Assembly: GCF_001194135.2 (NCBI RefSeq)
Contig: NC_068981.1
Location: forward strand, 93,476,676 to 93,540,455
Direction of reading: 5' to 3'
DNA: 63,780 nucleotides
Source of the DNA: Octopus bimaculoides
Taxonomy: Eukaryota
A model generated the notes under the pieces. It searched no databases, was not told where the DNA came from, and saw only the letters and a list, made by a program, of their open reading frames with translations. The position numbers were made by a program, and so were the translations under genes. Numbering within the stretch: position 1 is the stretch's first letter; each line of letters begins with the position of its first letter. This document shows positions 37,192 through 49,473 of the stretch, in pieces.

Positions 37192-37590
37192 GTGGAGGCG
37201 CAATGGCACAGTGGTTAGGGCAGCGGAGTCGCGGTCATAGGATCGCGGTTTCGATTCCCAGACCGGGCATTGTGAGTGTTTATTGAGCGAAAACACCTAA
37301 AGCTCCACGAGGCTCCGGCAGGGGATGGTGGCGAACCCTGCTGTACTCTTTCACCACATCTTTCTCTCACTCTTATTTCCTGTTTCTATTGTGCCTGTAA
37401 TTCAAAGGGTCAACCTTGTCACACTGTGTCACACTGGGTCACGCTGAATATCCCCGAGAACTACGTTTAGGGTACACGTGTCTGTGGAGTGCTCAGCCAC
37501 TTGCACGTTAATTTCACGAGCAGGCTGTTCCGTTGACCGGATCAACTGGAACCCTCGACGTCGTAAGCGACGGAGTGCCAACAACAACAA
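37192..37590 (+). mobile_element. Young OR-like tRNA-derived SINE
   Basis: A/B boxes, (CAA)n tail, imperfect TSD aatgttg(a/g)gaac. Confidence 0.9.
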
Positions 37591-38160
37591 AATGTTGGGA
37601 ACTACTCCAATAGTAATAATTTCGTATTACTTTCATTCAACTTCTTATCACACTCTCGGCTCTTTCTCTCGTACTAGTCACTATTTCTACTCTTTACTTC
37701 TCAAAACATCAACCACTAGACTTCTTTCCTTGTCCATGTTTTTCCTGCAGTTCTCTAAGCGTAACATTAATGGATCGGTCTCACCAGTTTCTGAGATTCT
37801 GCGTAGATTATTAGCGCAGCTTCTTCCACCCGGCCAAATTATGGGAAGAATTTCCTTTCACTAGAAGTCAATTTAAATAATTCATATTTGAACATTAAAA
37901 AGATCAGTTTAATATTGTTTGCAACCTTTGGAGAGCGCTACAAGATATGAGGTATGAGGAAATCTCCTGGCAAGCCGTGACTACAACGCAGTCTTAATTT
38001 ACGATTGAAAACAGTTCATGAAATGTCACTAAAATAGAAATATTTCAGTATGAAATAAAAATCACAGGAAGCCTTCGGAAGCTTTACTTAAGTACTTTAT
38101 GCTCTTTCTTTCATTCTTTCTTTCTTTCTTTCTTTCTCTCTCACTCTCTCCCTCTCGCTT

Positions 38161-38206
<46 letters not shown>

Positions 38207-38639
38207 ACACACCCACACAAACACATATACACACACANNNNNNNNNNNNNNNNNNNNNNNNNNNNNNNNNNNNNNNNNNNNNNNNNNNNNNNNNNNNNNN
38301 NNNNNNNNNNNNNNNNNNNNNNNNNNNNNNNNNNNNNNNNNNNNNNNNNNNNNNNNNNNNNNNNNNNNNNNNNNNNNNNNNNNNNNNNNNNNNNNNNNNN
38401 NNNNNNNNNNNNNNNNNNNNNNNNNNNNNNNNNNNNNNNNNNNNNNNNNNNNNNNNNNNNNNNNNNNNNNNNNNNNNNNNNNNNNNNNNNNNNNNNNNNN
38501 NNNNNNNNNNNNNNNNNNNNNNNNNNNNNNNNNNNNNNNNNNNNNNNNNNNNNNNNNNNNNNNNNNNNNNNNNNNNNNNNNNNNNNNNNNNNNNNNNNNN
38601 NNNNNNNNNNNNNNNGAGAGAGAGAGAGAGAGAGAGAGA

Positions 38640-38835
38640 GGGCATCTGTCCCTACCACAGCTTGACAACTGGTGCTGATGTATACGTCTCGTACCTTAGT
38701 GTTTCGGCAAAAGAGACGCATAAAAGAAATGCTAGGCTTGAAAAGGAACTAGGATCGATTCGTTCAACTAAAAGAATTCTTCAAGGTGGTGCCCCGCGTG
38801 ACCGCTGTCTAATAACTGAAACAAGTAAAAGATAA
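38640..38835 (+). mobile_element. 3' half of the OK-like SINE
   Basis: gcttgacaactggtgctg...gtttcggcaaaagagac...aactgaaacaagtaaaaga. Confidence 0.65.
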
Positions 38836-40721
38836 AATATATAAGATAATTATGCCCGATAACATTTCAAGTAGTTTTAACATATAGCGAATATAATTGT
38901 GAAGACCCTTATTATTTATTATATTGCGATATTGCTCTATTTTTTAGAATTATGAAATGATAATTTATTCAATAGACTAATATCTCCGCATTAAAAATAG
39001 GGAATTAATTACTGCTTATGACATAATCAAAATTGTACTAATAATTTCTTAACAAATGAGAGGGGCGTGTCGATTCTCCTACTTACAACGAGCTAACGAA
39101 AGAGCCTGGCCGTGCCTCCTCGAAACAGAAGCCAAATCTTTCAAATCACCATCTTAACTATAGTATACTTACCAATCTCTGGTATACATAAATAAGGCAT
39201 TATAAAACCTGAAATCTCTTTCGAAATAGGTTCACTTGGTTAAGGCAAACATGAGGTTAAATTATTCTTTCTAATTATTGTCTGTGTAAAGGCCTGAGTA
39301 GTTATAACATTTGTATTTTCCTTATGACTTTAACATCCTTAATTTTGAGAAGACAGAGAAAACTACCTAGTTACTTAGCCCACTTATTGAAAATATTTAT
39401 TTTTATTATAAGCTATGACAGTCGGTAGGATAGGATTTTAACCTGGAAGAATATTTAGGTTAAATTCAAATGGTTTAGGTATTTCATTTTCCGTTTATTT
39501 CATCGTTCTTTTATTCCTTCAAAGTGATTTATACTAACATTAATGGGATTACGCATTTAAAAGCAATTCGGAAAAAATATAACTACATTAATGTTTTCGT
39601 AATTACTTTTTTTATACGTTTACATTGTTGTTTTCATATATGCACTTCTGTTTTTTAATATACATTTTTTTGTCATTATAATAGCTTGATACTTATTTAA
39701 ACATCCAAGGCATCAATTTTAGATAAGTCTCCTAAATATCTTAATATTACTCTCTATATCACTCTTCCTCTTTCTTCATCTCACCCATATTCTGTCACAC
39801 ATTTTCTCATTCTTTATGACTAGAAAAATAAACAGAATTTTTTCTTTATGTGTGCTGAGGGGTGGGTTGTATTTCTGATGCATAGTAGCTTTCAACATCC
39901 TATGAGTATTGCATTACTGAAATTATTATTTATGTATAAAAATATATTAGTAAACACTTTATGAGTTATAACATAGCAAGGATGCTTGTTTGCTCGAACC
40001 TATATATATATATATTACTTTTTAGTCCTATACTGCCTTATTTTTGTTTTGATTTTTTCGTTCACATTAGAGTTACTTACATTTATGATGTCCTAAAGAG
40101 CAAACCATAGCAACAGAAATACAATTGCTAGTTTCTTTCTGACAATAATATTAATGTTTATTTTCTTCAGAATATTTCTGTACTTCTCACATCAGAATGT
40201 CTACTGATATTTTGTACTGTATCTCTTATAGCCAACTTAATATATCCCCATGGATAAACGGAAATATTACAGTAATAGATATTGTCACGTTGGATACTGT
40301 TTAGAGTTTATACAAAGCATAGTCAATTATTACTTTGTATTATTACTATCACTATCGGTGTCATTTTTGCTAGTTATTGTAAGCCGCCATTGTTATTTAC
40401 TCACTAAATTATATTATTTCACGAATAATAGACGTAGTCATGTATCCAGTCTGAAACGTTTATCAATAAGTATTTATCTTTCAGTTTTGTATATTTTCTT
40501 GATTTATTATTATATCGTGTACTGCTAGATGTTATCATTGTCATATTTCTCTCTATTAGTTTGAGGTTGCCATTGAAATATTTGATCTCAGTCATTTATG
40601 CAATGTAAATGCTCGATGCTTTTCTTGATTGCTGTTTCTTTCCTTCCAATTTCTCAATCGTACAGACTCCACTAGACCTTTGTGGTCGATACAAACAATT
40701 ATCATTATTAATATTAATAAT

Positions 40722-40932
40722 ACGGCGATCTGACAGAATCGTTTTCAAGCGAGATAAAATGCTTAGCAGCATTTCGTCCGTCTGTACTTTCTGAGTTCAA
40801 ATTTCGCCGAGATCGACTTTGCCTGTCATCCTTTCGAGGTCCATAAATTAAATACCAGTGAAACACTGTTGTCGATATGGTCGACTGATCCCCTCCCACC
40901 AAATTTCAGGCCTTGTGGCTTTAGTAGAAAGG
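40722..40932 (+). mobile_element. Nin-domain-type SINE followed by (ATT)n(AGT)n
   Basis: Family consensus. Confidence 0.75.
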
Positions 40933-40955
40933 ATTATTATTATTATTATTATTAT

Positions 40956-41014
<59 letters not shown>

Positions 41015-41513
41015 CCATTCATTGCTCCTTTCCAATATATGTAGCCTTTTACATAAGCTATGTGTCAATCGGGAGAACCCTGGAGTAGCTAGTTACCTCT
41101 GGTTTCGCGCTGAGTTTATATTCCACCAAAAGTGTTTGCCTTTAATCGATCTCAAATCACTAAAATAAAGTATCAGCCAGATACTCTGATATAATTGGCT
41201 GTTACCTCTCAACAAATTTCTAGACTCGTTCTTATGCTAGAAAAAAATTTAAATGTCATTAGATTGCCAGAATAGATGGAGTGTCAGGAAAAATATGCCT
41301 TGTGGTATTTATTCCGGCTCTGATTTCTACATTCTCGGTTAAAATCCCACCCAACTCAACATTACTCTTCATCGTTTTTTCGGTCGATTAATATAAAGTC
41401 AAGTACTGAGGTTAATGGTATCGATTACTCCCCACAACATCAATTTTACAGTAGAAGTAGCACTTTTTCACTAGATCGTCTTATGGAAGTTTTTTTCATT
41501 TGTCCGTGTGTGT

Positions 41514-41550
<37 letters not shown>

Positions 41551-41594
41551 GTGTGTGTGGTGTGTGTGTTTGTGTATGTGTGTGTGTGTGTGTT

Positions 41595-41905
41595 GTAAAG
41601 GCGCGTAGCTTAGTAGATAAGTTATTCGGCTCACGATCGTAAAGTCGTGAGTTTGATACGCGTTTTCTCCTAGAGCAAGATACTTTATATCACGTTGCTC
41701 CTGTCCACACACCTGGTAAAAATGAGTAGCACCTGTATTTCAAAGAGCCAGCTTTGTAACACTCTGTCACGTTGAATCTCCCTGAGAACTACGTTAAGAA
41801 TACGCGTGTCTGTGTCGTGCTCAGTCACTTGCATGCTGATTTCATGAAGTGGCTGTTCTATGAATCAGAACAATCGGGCACCCGTCGTTTTGACCGACGG
41901 GGTGC

Positions 41906-41908
<3 letters not shown>
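41595..41908 (+). mobile_element. Older SINE with CORE/Meta-like centre and OR-type 3' tail
   Basis: gagcaagatactttatatcacgttgctcc centre; gagaactacgttaag...gtcgttttgaccgacggggtgcca tail. Confidence 0.65.
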
Positions 41909-41979
<71 letters not shown>

Positions 41980-42149
41980 CTGCTTGTGTATGTGTTTATG
42001 TGTGTTTACGTTTCACTAAGAGGCATCTTTCGAAATGTTTGCTAATTGTTCACATTACTATGTGCAGGTGAATGGTTTATCTTTAAAAATATTTCATTAG
42101 TTACATATCTTTGGCAAACGCACATTTGCACCAGCTGAATAATGGACGT

Positions 42150-42720
42150 TTCAGACGTATCGAGAATATATGCTCATTATAGTTGTGAGAGCCGTAGCCT
42201 AAGACTAAACAAATATGCCTCCATTTATTTTCAAACGGAAAACTATAAGGAGAATTCATATCCAAAAATAGTAAAGTTGGAAAATGAAACAAACCAAACC
42301 CCAAGTTTGTGTTGTAACACATTGATTTGACTGGTAAAATGCAACAGGCTGAGCTACAATAAAACCCACTATGACAACAGCATTTTATCTTTTGCAAACG
42401 TTGTAGGGCATAAGACGAAAACCAGCCTATTAAACGACTGGATAAATGAAGTATATCTATCACAAGAAGCAGTACTTTTAAGCTCAGTAAATGCGTCCAG
42501 AAATAGCGAGAAAGATAACACAGCACTGTTTTTCAAACTTTGGTATGAGGGACCCAATTACACTCGAAAAGGGTGTTGTAGGACGTCTTGACTGCCGTCG
42601 GTACTTGGTATTTAAGAGCAGGAATCAGGCAAGGAGACATGATTGCGAACAGAAATATTGGCATAATTGTCACATCTTCGATTGTGTAACAGCACGAACA
42701 CAATGTAAGCATAACGTTAA
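42150..42720 (+). pseudogene. Degenerate RTE-type RT fragment
   Basis: AGIRQGD motif and REKITQHCFSNFGMRDPI (cf. RGKMMQIL..YGIP). Confidence 0.4.
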
Positions 42721-42737
42721 TATACAGCAGCATGTAG

Positions 42738-42826
<89 letters not shown>

Positions 42827-43810
42827 GGACGGGGCTGTCTGAATATCTAGGTCCTAAATTCTTCGCATGTGTAAGTTACCAGTATTTGTATGTTTTTCCT
42901 TACCACCTTACAAATATATTGCATTAGGTCTTGTCTACCCCTTTTTTTTATAAATACACTCTATGCATACACATATGTACCTATATACACACACATATAT
43001 ACATATATACATACGCATATATATATACATACGCACATATATACATACGCACATATATATACATACGCACATACAAACGCACATACATGCATACGCGCAT
43101 ACATACATACATATATACACACATACATACATACATACATACATACTTACAAATAGATATACATGTACCTAAGTGATCAGATGATCGTGTTCATTAACCA
43201 GATTCGACTATTTTTCACTTAAATAAGTGTTTGATAATCGTCATCTGGAAAATTTCCAATGTGAAAATCAACTGATTCAACCGAAACAAATTCATGTATG
43301 CTGACATGGTATTCACATTTTTTTGCTATTTCTACAAACACACATACAGTCAGACACACATACAGGCAACACACATACAGGCAAACGCACATACAGATAA
43401 ACATACATACAGGCAAACGCTACTCACATACTGCACACACTACACACACACACACACACGTACACTACACACAGACATATACTATACACACTACACACAC
43501 ACGTACACATACGTGCATACACACATGCATACATACGTATACATTAATATATAAATATATGCGAAGCCCAAACAACTGCCTTCATCCTGCCAAATTTCAG
43601 TCAGTACGAAATACAGCTGTAGTGTGAGACACATTCTCAAGCTTCTGCGTTATGAGATCGAATCCCGAACATCGTATCAGCGAAGTGAACTTGTTAACCT
43701 GACTGCACTGTACCCACGTTACCTTGTTGCTTTTAGATATTAGACTATTTTATTATATTGCATAAGTTGTTCATTTGTTATTAATTATATTTGGGCATTT
43801 TTTCTTTGAC

Positions 43811-43887
<77 letters not shown>

Positions 43888-45466
43888 AGGTTTTAAATTT
43901 GTAAGAGTTTCTACCTTTTTAAACATACAAATTTAAAACCTTGGAAATATAAACAATGAGAACGACCCTTAAGGAATCTAATTAATGATCCTTTGGGGTG
44001 AAGTCTTATGCTATATTGGTAACGATTGCGATATTTACTGGAAAATTATATATATATACCATATTTGCCGGTATGCAAATCGAATACTTCATTCCAAAAT
44101 TTACTGCCAAAATGATGTAAGTCAACTTGTACACCTAGATGACTTTGGAGAAGGGAAACTTTCGTGTGAAATACAGTATTTGGAGGGATCGTGACGATGA
44201 TTGAATGCTTACAGTACATGTTTATACAATATAATAGGTCGACTTGTGGAACATCTAAGTATTGTAGCTGCCGACCCTGTTATATCTGCCTAGAAATTTA
44301 GTATTTTCGAGAGCTGAAAATAAAATAATCAATAATTATTTGATATTACTTATAATTTCTATTTCTGTTGGTTAGTCATTGACCTGGTGCAGCAAAAATC
44401 AACTGTCACAACTGGGATGTTGTTGCGTTTGATATTTACTCACGTCGATTTTATCCACAATTGATAAACATGATAAAGAAGTGACTTTTTCCATTATCTT
44501 TCCCATAGTATAATTTGATTTTCTTTCCTTGATATTTTCCCTTTTTTTATACTTTTCTGTTACTCCGTCTTTCCCGATTTATCAATAACTTCCCTTCAGT
44601 ATACTTATTTTCCAAATTATATCTCATTGTTTCTTTACAGAGCAGAAACTTACGTGTGCTTGTCATTTTCCCATTTTATACCCTCTTATTAAGCTAATCA
44701 GCCTATATTCACACTCAAAGTCCACATTGTCAACTATGTAATACTTTATATTGTATTCTCTTTCTGTTCCTGTGTACTTGATAGGTATATTATATATTTG
44801 TATCATCTTTTACGGTGACCTCCTAATGTATTTAGTAGTTTTCTGATTTTCCTATTTGTCTTAGTCTGCTCACTACTCTTCCAATTAATTATATTAAATC
44901 TTGAGAAATTACGTATTACTCTAAAGCTTTTGTATATATACCTACTGTCTGCCTATTTCAGAGATTCAGTTTGGTTTTAATACTACGCTACACATCTGAA
45001 GCACCATTTTTTCTAATTTGTTTATCCATTTCTCTCTGTTGTAATTAATCAGTTTCATCTATCTATCAAATTATCAATTTCATCAATGGGTGTTTTTCAA
45101 AAAAGTTTTAATTTAAGCGTCTAGATCGAACTTAATATGTTGAACTTTTATTAATTTAGCTTTTCTTATGATAGCTATAGTATAATTAATTAACCATATA
45201 CTTATTTTCAGGTCACTGATAAAGACAAGTGCATTTCGTTTTATATCAAGCAAGTTATTGTCTCTTGTCTACATTATATATATATATATATATATATATA
45301 NNNNNNNNNNNNNNNNNNNNNNNNNNNNNNNNNNNNATACATACATACATACATACATACATACATACATACATACATACATACATACATACATACATAG
45401 ATCGCTAACCAATACACATTCTTTTTTTTTCTCTCCGTGTTTCTCTCCTTGTTTCTTTCTGTATTC

Positions 45467-45502
45467 CTTTCTGTGGAAGAGCGTAGGCTCGAAACGTTAA
45501 AG
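45467..45502 (+). ncRNA. Minimal type I hammerhead relic in a ~200-bp solo repeat
   Basis: CTTT CTGTGGA A GAGC GTAG GCTC GAAA CG TT AAAG; A6->U in the core. Confidence 0.65.
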
Positions 45503-45934
45503 ACTTTTACACTTCCCGAGTGTTATACTCATACATTTGTTTGTTTTCTACACCACCTGTCTTCGTCTTTTGTTTTTTTATGTGAATTCTCCCTATATAT
45601 ATATATATATATATATATTACATGGAATAATCCGTGCAAGAAAAATAATATTCTTGAACTTATAAACCTGGAAAAGTACAGACGTTATTACACTTGGAAA
45701 AGTTTAGGACATGTTATCACATCTGGTAAAATACAGAACGAGAAAATTCTTACCAAAATATTGCAGCAAAGGCTAAAATTTTTTTCTAAATATTTAGATT
45801 TAGAAAATATTAGCTTTTATTAAAACTAAAAATTTTATTACAAGTTATTACTTCTATTTGTTATTATTTGTTACTTCTATTAAAAATTTTAAATAACTCA
45901 AAATATTTTTTGCACTTTAAAAAAATTCATTTTT

Positions 45935-46346
45935 TACTTATTATTTTACTTGTTTCAGTCATTTGACTGCGGCCATGCTTGAGCACCGCCTTTAGTCGAG
46001 AAAATCGATCCCAGGACTTATTCTTTGTAAAGCTAGTACTTATTCTATCGGTCTTTTTTGCCTAACCGCTAAGTTGCGGAGACGAAAATACACCGGCATC
46101 GATTATCAAGCGATGCTGGGGAGGCAAACACAGACACACAAATATATACACACACATACATATACATATATATGCATATATACGACGGGCTTCTTTCCGT
46201 TTCCGTCTACCAAATTCACTCAGAAGGCTTTGGTCGGCCCTATGCAATGATAGAAGACATTTGCCCAAGGTGCCACGCTGTGGGAATGAACCCGGAACCA
46301 TGTGGTTGGTAAGCAAGCTACTTACCACACAGCCACTCCTGCGCCT
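45935..46346 (-). mobile_element. OK-like SINE
   Basis: Family consensus. Confidence 0.85.
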
Positions 46347-46399
46347 ATTATTAATTGATTAATAATTAAAAAGTTGAAAATAGGTTATTAAAAATAATA

Positions 46400-48200
46400 G
46401 TAGTACATTATTAGTTAGGGAAATAAATAGAATACAAAAATTAGTTATATATTACAGTAAAATCTACCTATAACAACAAATTCACAGTAGAATTTGCTTG
46501 TATTATTTCCTACATTATTGCCAAGTCTTCACATTTTTAGTCTTGACACAATGTATATTTTTTACAGAATTTGCCTACCATATATAGTATTCTACTTTGC
46601 ATAAAACTTTAGCTATATTGGCACTTCTGATCTCATTTTTTAAAATGTTCTAGTGAGTCAATATTTTACCAAAATGATGGCACCTTTTTTAATTAGTATG
46701 TTACTTGGTAAATTGAAATCTAAATATTCAAATTTTATCGTTAGCTGCAATATTTTAAGTAAAAATTTTCTTGTTCTGTACTTTACCAGATATAATAAAT
46801 TGTCCTGAACTTTTCCAAGTGTAATAACTTGTCCTGTACTTTTCCAGGTTTATAAGTTTAAGAATATTATTTCCTTTGCTCGCATTTTTTCATGTAATCC
46901 ATGATTTATTCCAGGCTACGCTATTATGCTAAGTAATAACGTGTCAATTTTTCTTCTATATTTAGCTTCGGCTTCAGCATATTTTCTTTTCTTCATTTCT
47001 CCTACATCCAGTTCATTACCTCCCCAATTATTATTATTACCCTTTTTATTAATCCCAGGCCCCGGATTCAATTCTACCCCACCAATAATGACTAACATTA
47101 AAATTAAAGCATGCAAGCGATATTTATTATAAAAAATTGAGTGCTTGCTTTGTGTTAATATATAATTATTATATTGAAACAAACTACAACAAAAAACGCG
47201 CAAAAGATATAATGTGATAATTCATCTTAAAAATATATTCTTAATTAATTGAAATTAATTAAGAAACTAATTCTAATATAAAGAATATTTTCAGGATAAA
47301 TAAAAGAAAAGCTTTTTGTGAATTTCAGAAGTCGTATTCTGAACTATATAGTGGCAAGCCTAGTAAGAAGAGTGACAAATGAAAAGTGAAAAATAGAACA
47401 ATTAACAAGCAACTGATTAAAATAAGAAGATAGATTGATTATCAATGAAATTATGAATGTGAAAGAGTTATGAGTGTGTAGATTTTATTTTTTAATTGAA
47501 ATATTAATACAATAAAAAACATATAATTTAATGAGACGAAAACTATGAAATTCCTCACGATGTCGTTGATAATTTTTCCTTGCCGGTGATATATATGAAA
47601 AGTCACCTTATAGAACTAAATCCATAAAAAGGTGTAGAACTATATTATCACCCTCAAATTTGAGAAACAAACACTCATAACTTTTTCTTTTAGGACTTCA
47701 TTGCATGAGATTGTTAATTGACGTACAAAAACAATAAAAAATATTCAACTTAATGGGACGAAAACTATGAAATTCCTCGCGGTGTCGTTGATAATTTTTT
47801 TCTTACCTCAATGATGCGATGACATATATAAAAAGTCCCCTTAGAATAAAGAAAGTGAATAATTATATTATCACCCTCGCATTAGAGAAACAAACATGCA
47901 TAACTATTTTATTTTAGAACTTCTTTGCATGCGATTGGTACCATGAAATTCCCCAAATTGAGCTCTGTCATTTAAGCTTAATTAAAATATAGTTTACTTT
48001 TAAAATAAAATAAAAAAACTTATACTTAAATCCAATTTTTTGCCTCACTTATATTTTTTCATGATTTTTTGCCTCACTTATATTTTTTCATGATAGTTTA
48101 CCTCACAACTTTTTGGATACAAAGTTTTGTTGCATGAGATAAAAACTATGAAATTCTTCACGCTTTCGCCTATCATTGAAGCTAAGATAAATATATTTTG
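46400..48200 (-). mobile_element. AT-rich element remnant with a 2A-like peptide and weak Pif1-like motif (possible Helitron/Helentron derivative)
   Basis: ORF 46916-47203 with ILMLVIIGGVELNPGP; NLPSNILIKKGAIILVK at 46658-46714; ~222-bp tandem repeats at 47533/47755. Confidence 0.35.
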
Positions 48201-49426
48201 CTTTTAAAATAAAAGAAGATATTTAGAGCTAAACTTGACTTGTGGCGTTACTTACTCTCCTATGACGTCGCTACAAATTTTGATGTGAACGTTTTTCTAC
48301 TGGACCAAATCTCATTTTTTTTAATGCCAAAATATAGCTAGGACCAGTCCTCTTCAAAAATGTTAACGGTCGTCCATTTAGTTAAGAATTTAATTAGCGT
48401 CAAGCCTCTGAAATATGGTGCCTGTGAGTAAATTGTGCCTTAAGAATATTATTCAACTACTACCATAGTTGAATTATATATATATATATATATAAACATA
48501 ATTAAGGGGTCAGCAACGGTTGCTTCACCACATACCGAAGTTCAGAAATAGCAGCTAAAGTGCCGAAACTCCAACAGATATCATTACTTGTAACTCACAA
48601 AGGCAAAACAAGACGAAAAGAATAAACGAACTAAACTAGTCGTAGTTAATCATATGTTTATAAATGTATAAGAACTTTTAAATAAGTTCTTCACCGATAA
48701 TGGTGTTTTCATACCGAAGGGGTTGGTAAAAATTATTAATTATTAATTTATTAATAAATTGATAAATTGATAATCTTTTACCCTTTTAATTGTAATAAAT
48801 AAATATATATATAAAGTGAATTTTCTGTAGAAATAACCGGTTTCTTATTTTCTTTTCAAATTTCTCAAATTTCTTTACCGATATTGTCATCTCTTCGCTA
48901 TGAAGTGAAAAGTATGAGAATTCCAGACAGGGGAAGGTAATCAGGGATTTTTTCGGTATAAGAAAGATAATCAAAAATGTTGGGAATGACTAGGTTTTAT
49001 CAATTTAACATGATTTGGTTCAGANNNNNNNNNNNNNNNNNNNNNNNNNNNNNNNNNNNNNNNNNNNNNNNNNNNNNNNNNNNNNNNNNNNNNNNNNNNN
49101 NNNNNNNNNNNNNNNNNNNNNNNNNNNNNNNNNNNNNNNNNNNNNNNNNNNNNNNNNNNNNNNNNNNNNNNNNNNNNNNNNNNNNNNNNNNNNNNNNNNN
49201 NNNNNNNNNNNNNNNNNNNNNNNNNNNNNNNNNNNNNNNNNNNNNNNNNNNNNNNNNNNNNNNNNNNNNNNNNNNNNNNNNNNNNNNNNNNNNNNNNNNN
49301 NNNNNNNNNNNNNNNNNNNNNNNNNNNNNNNNNNNNNNNNNNNNNNNNNNNNNNNNNNNNNNNNNNNNNNNNNNNNNNNNNNNNNNNNNNNNNNNNNNNN
49401 NNNNNNNNNNNNNNNNNNNNNNNNNN

Positions 49427-49473
<47 letters not shown>

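Noticed and set aside
37192-37270. tRNA gene
   Set aside because: tRNA-like head of a SINE: no acceptor stem closure, continues into SINE body and tail, and is multicopy
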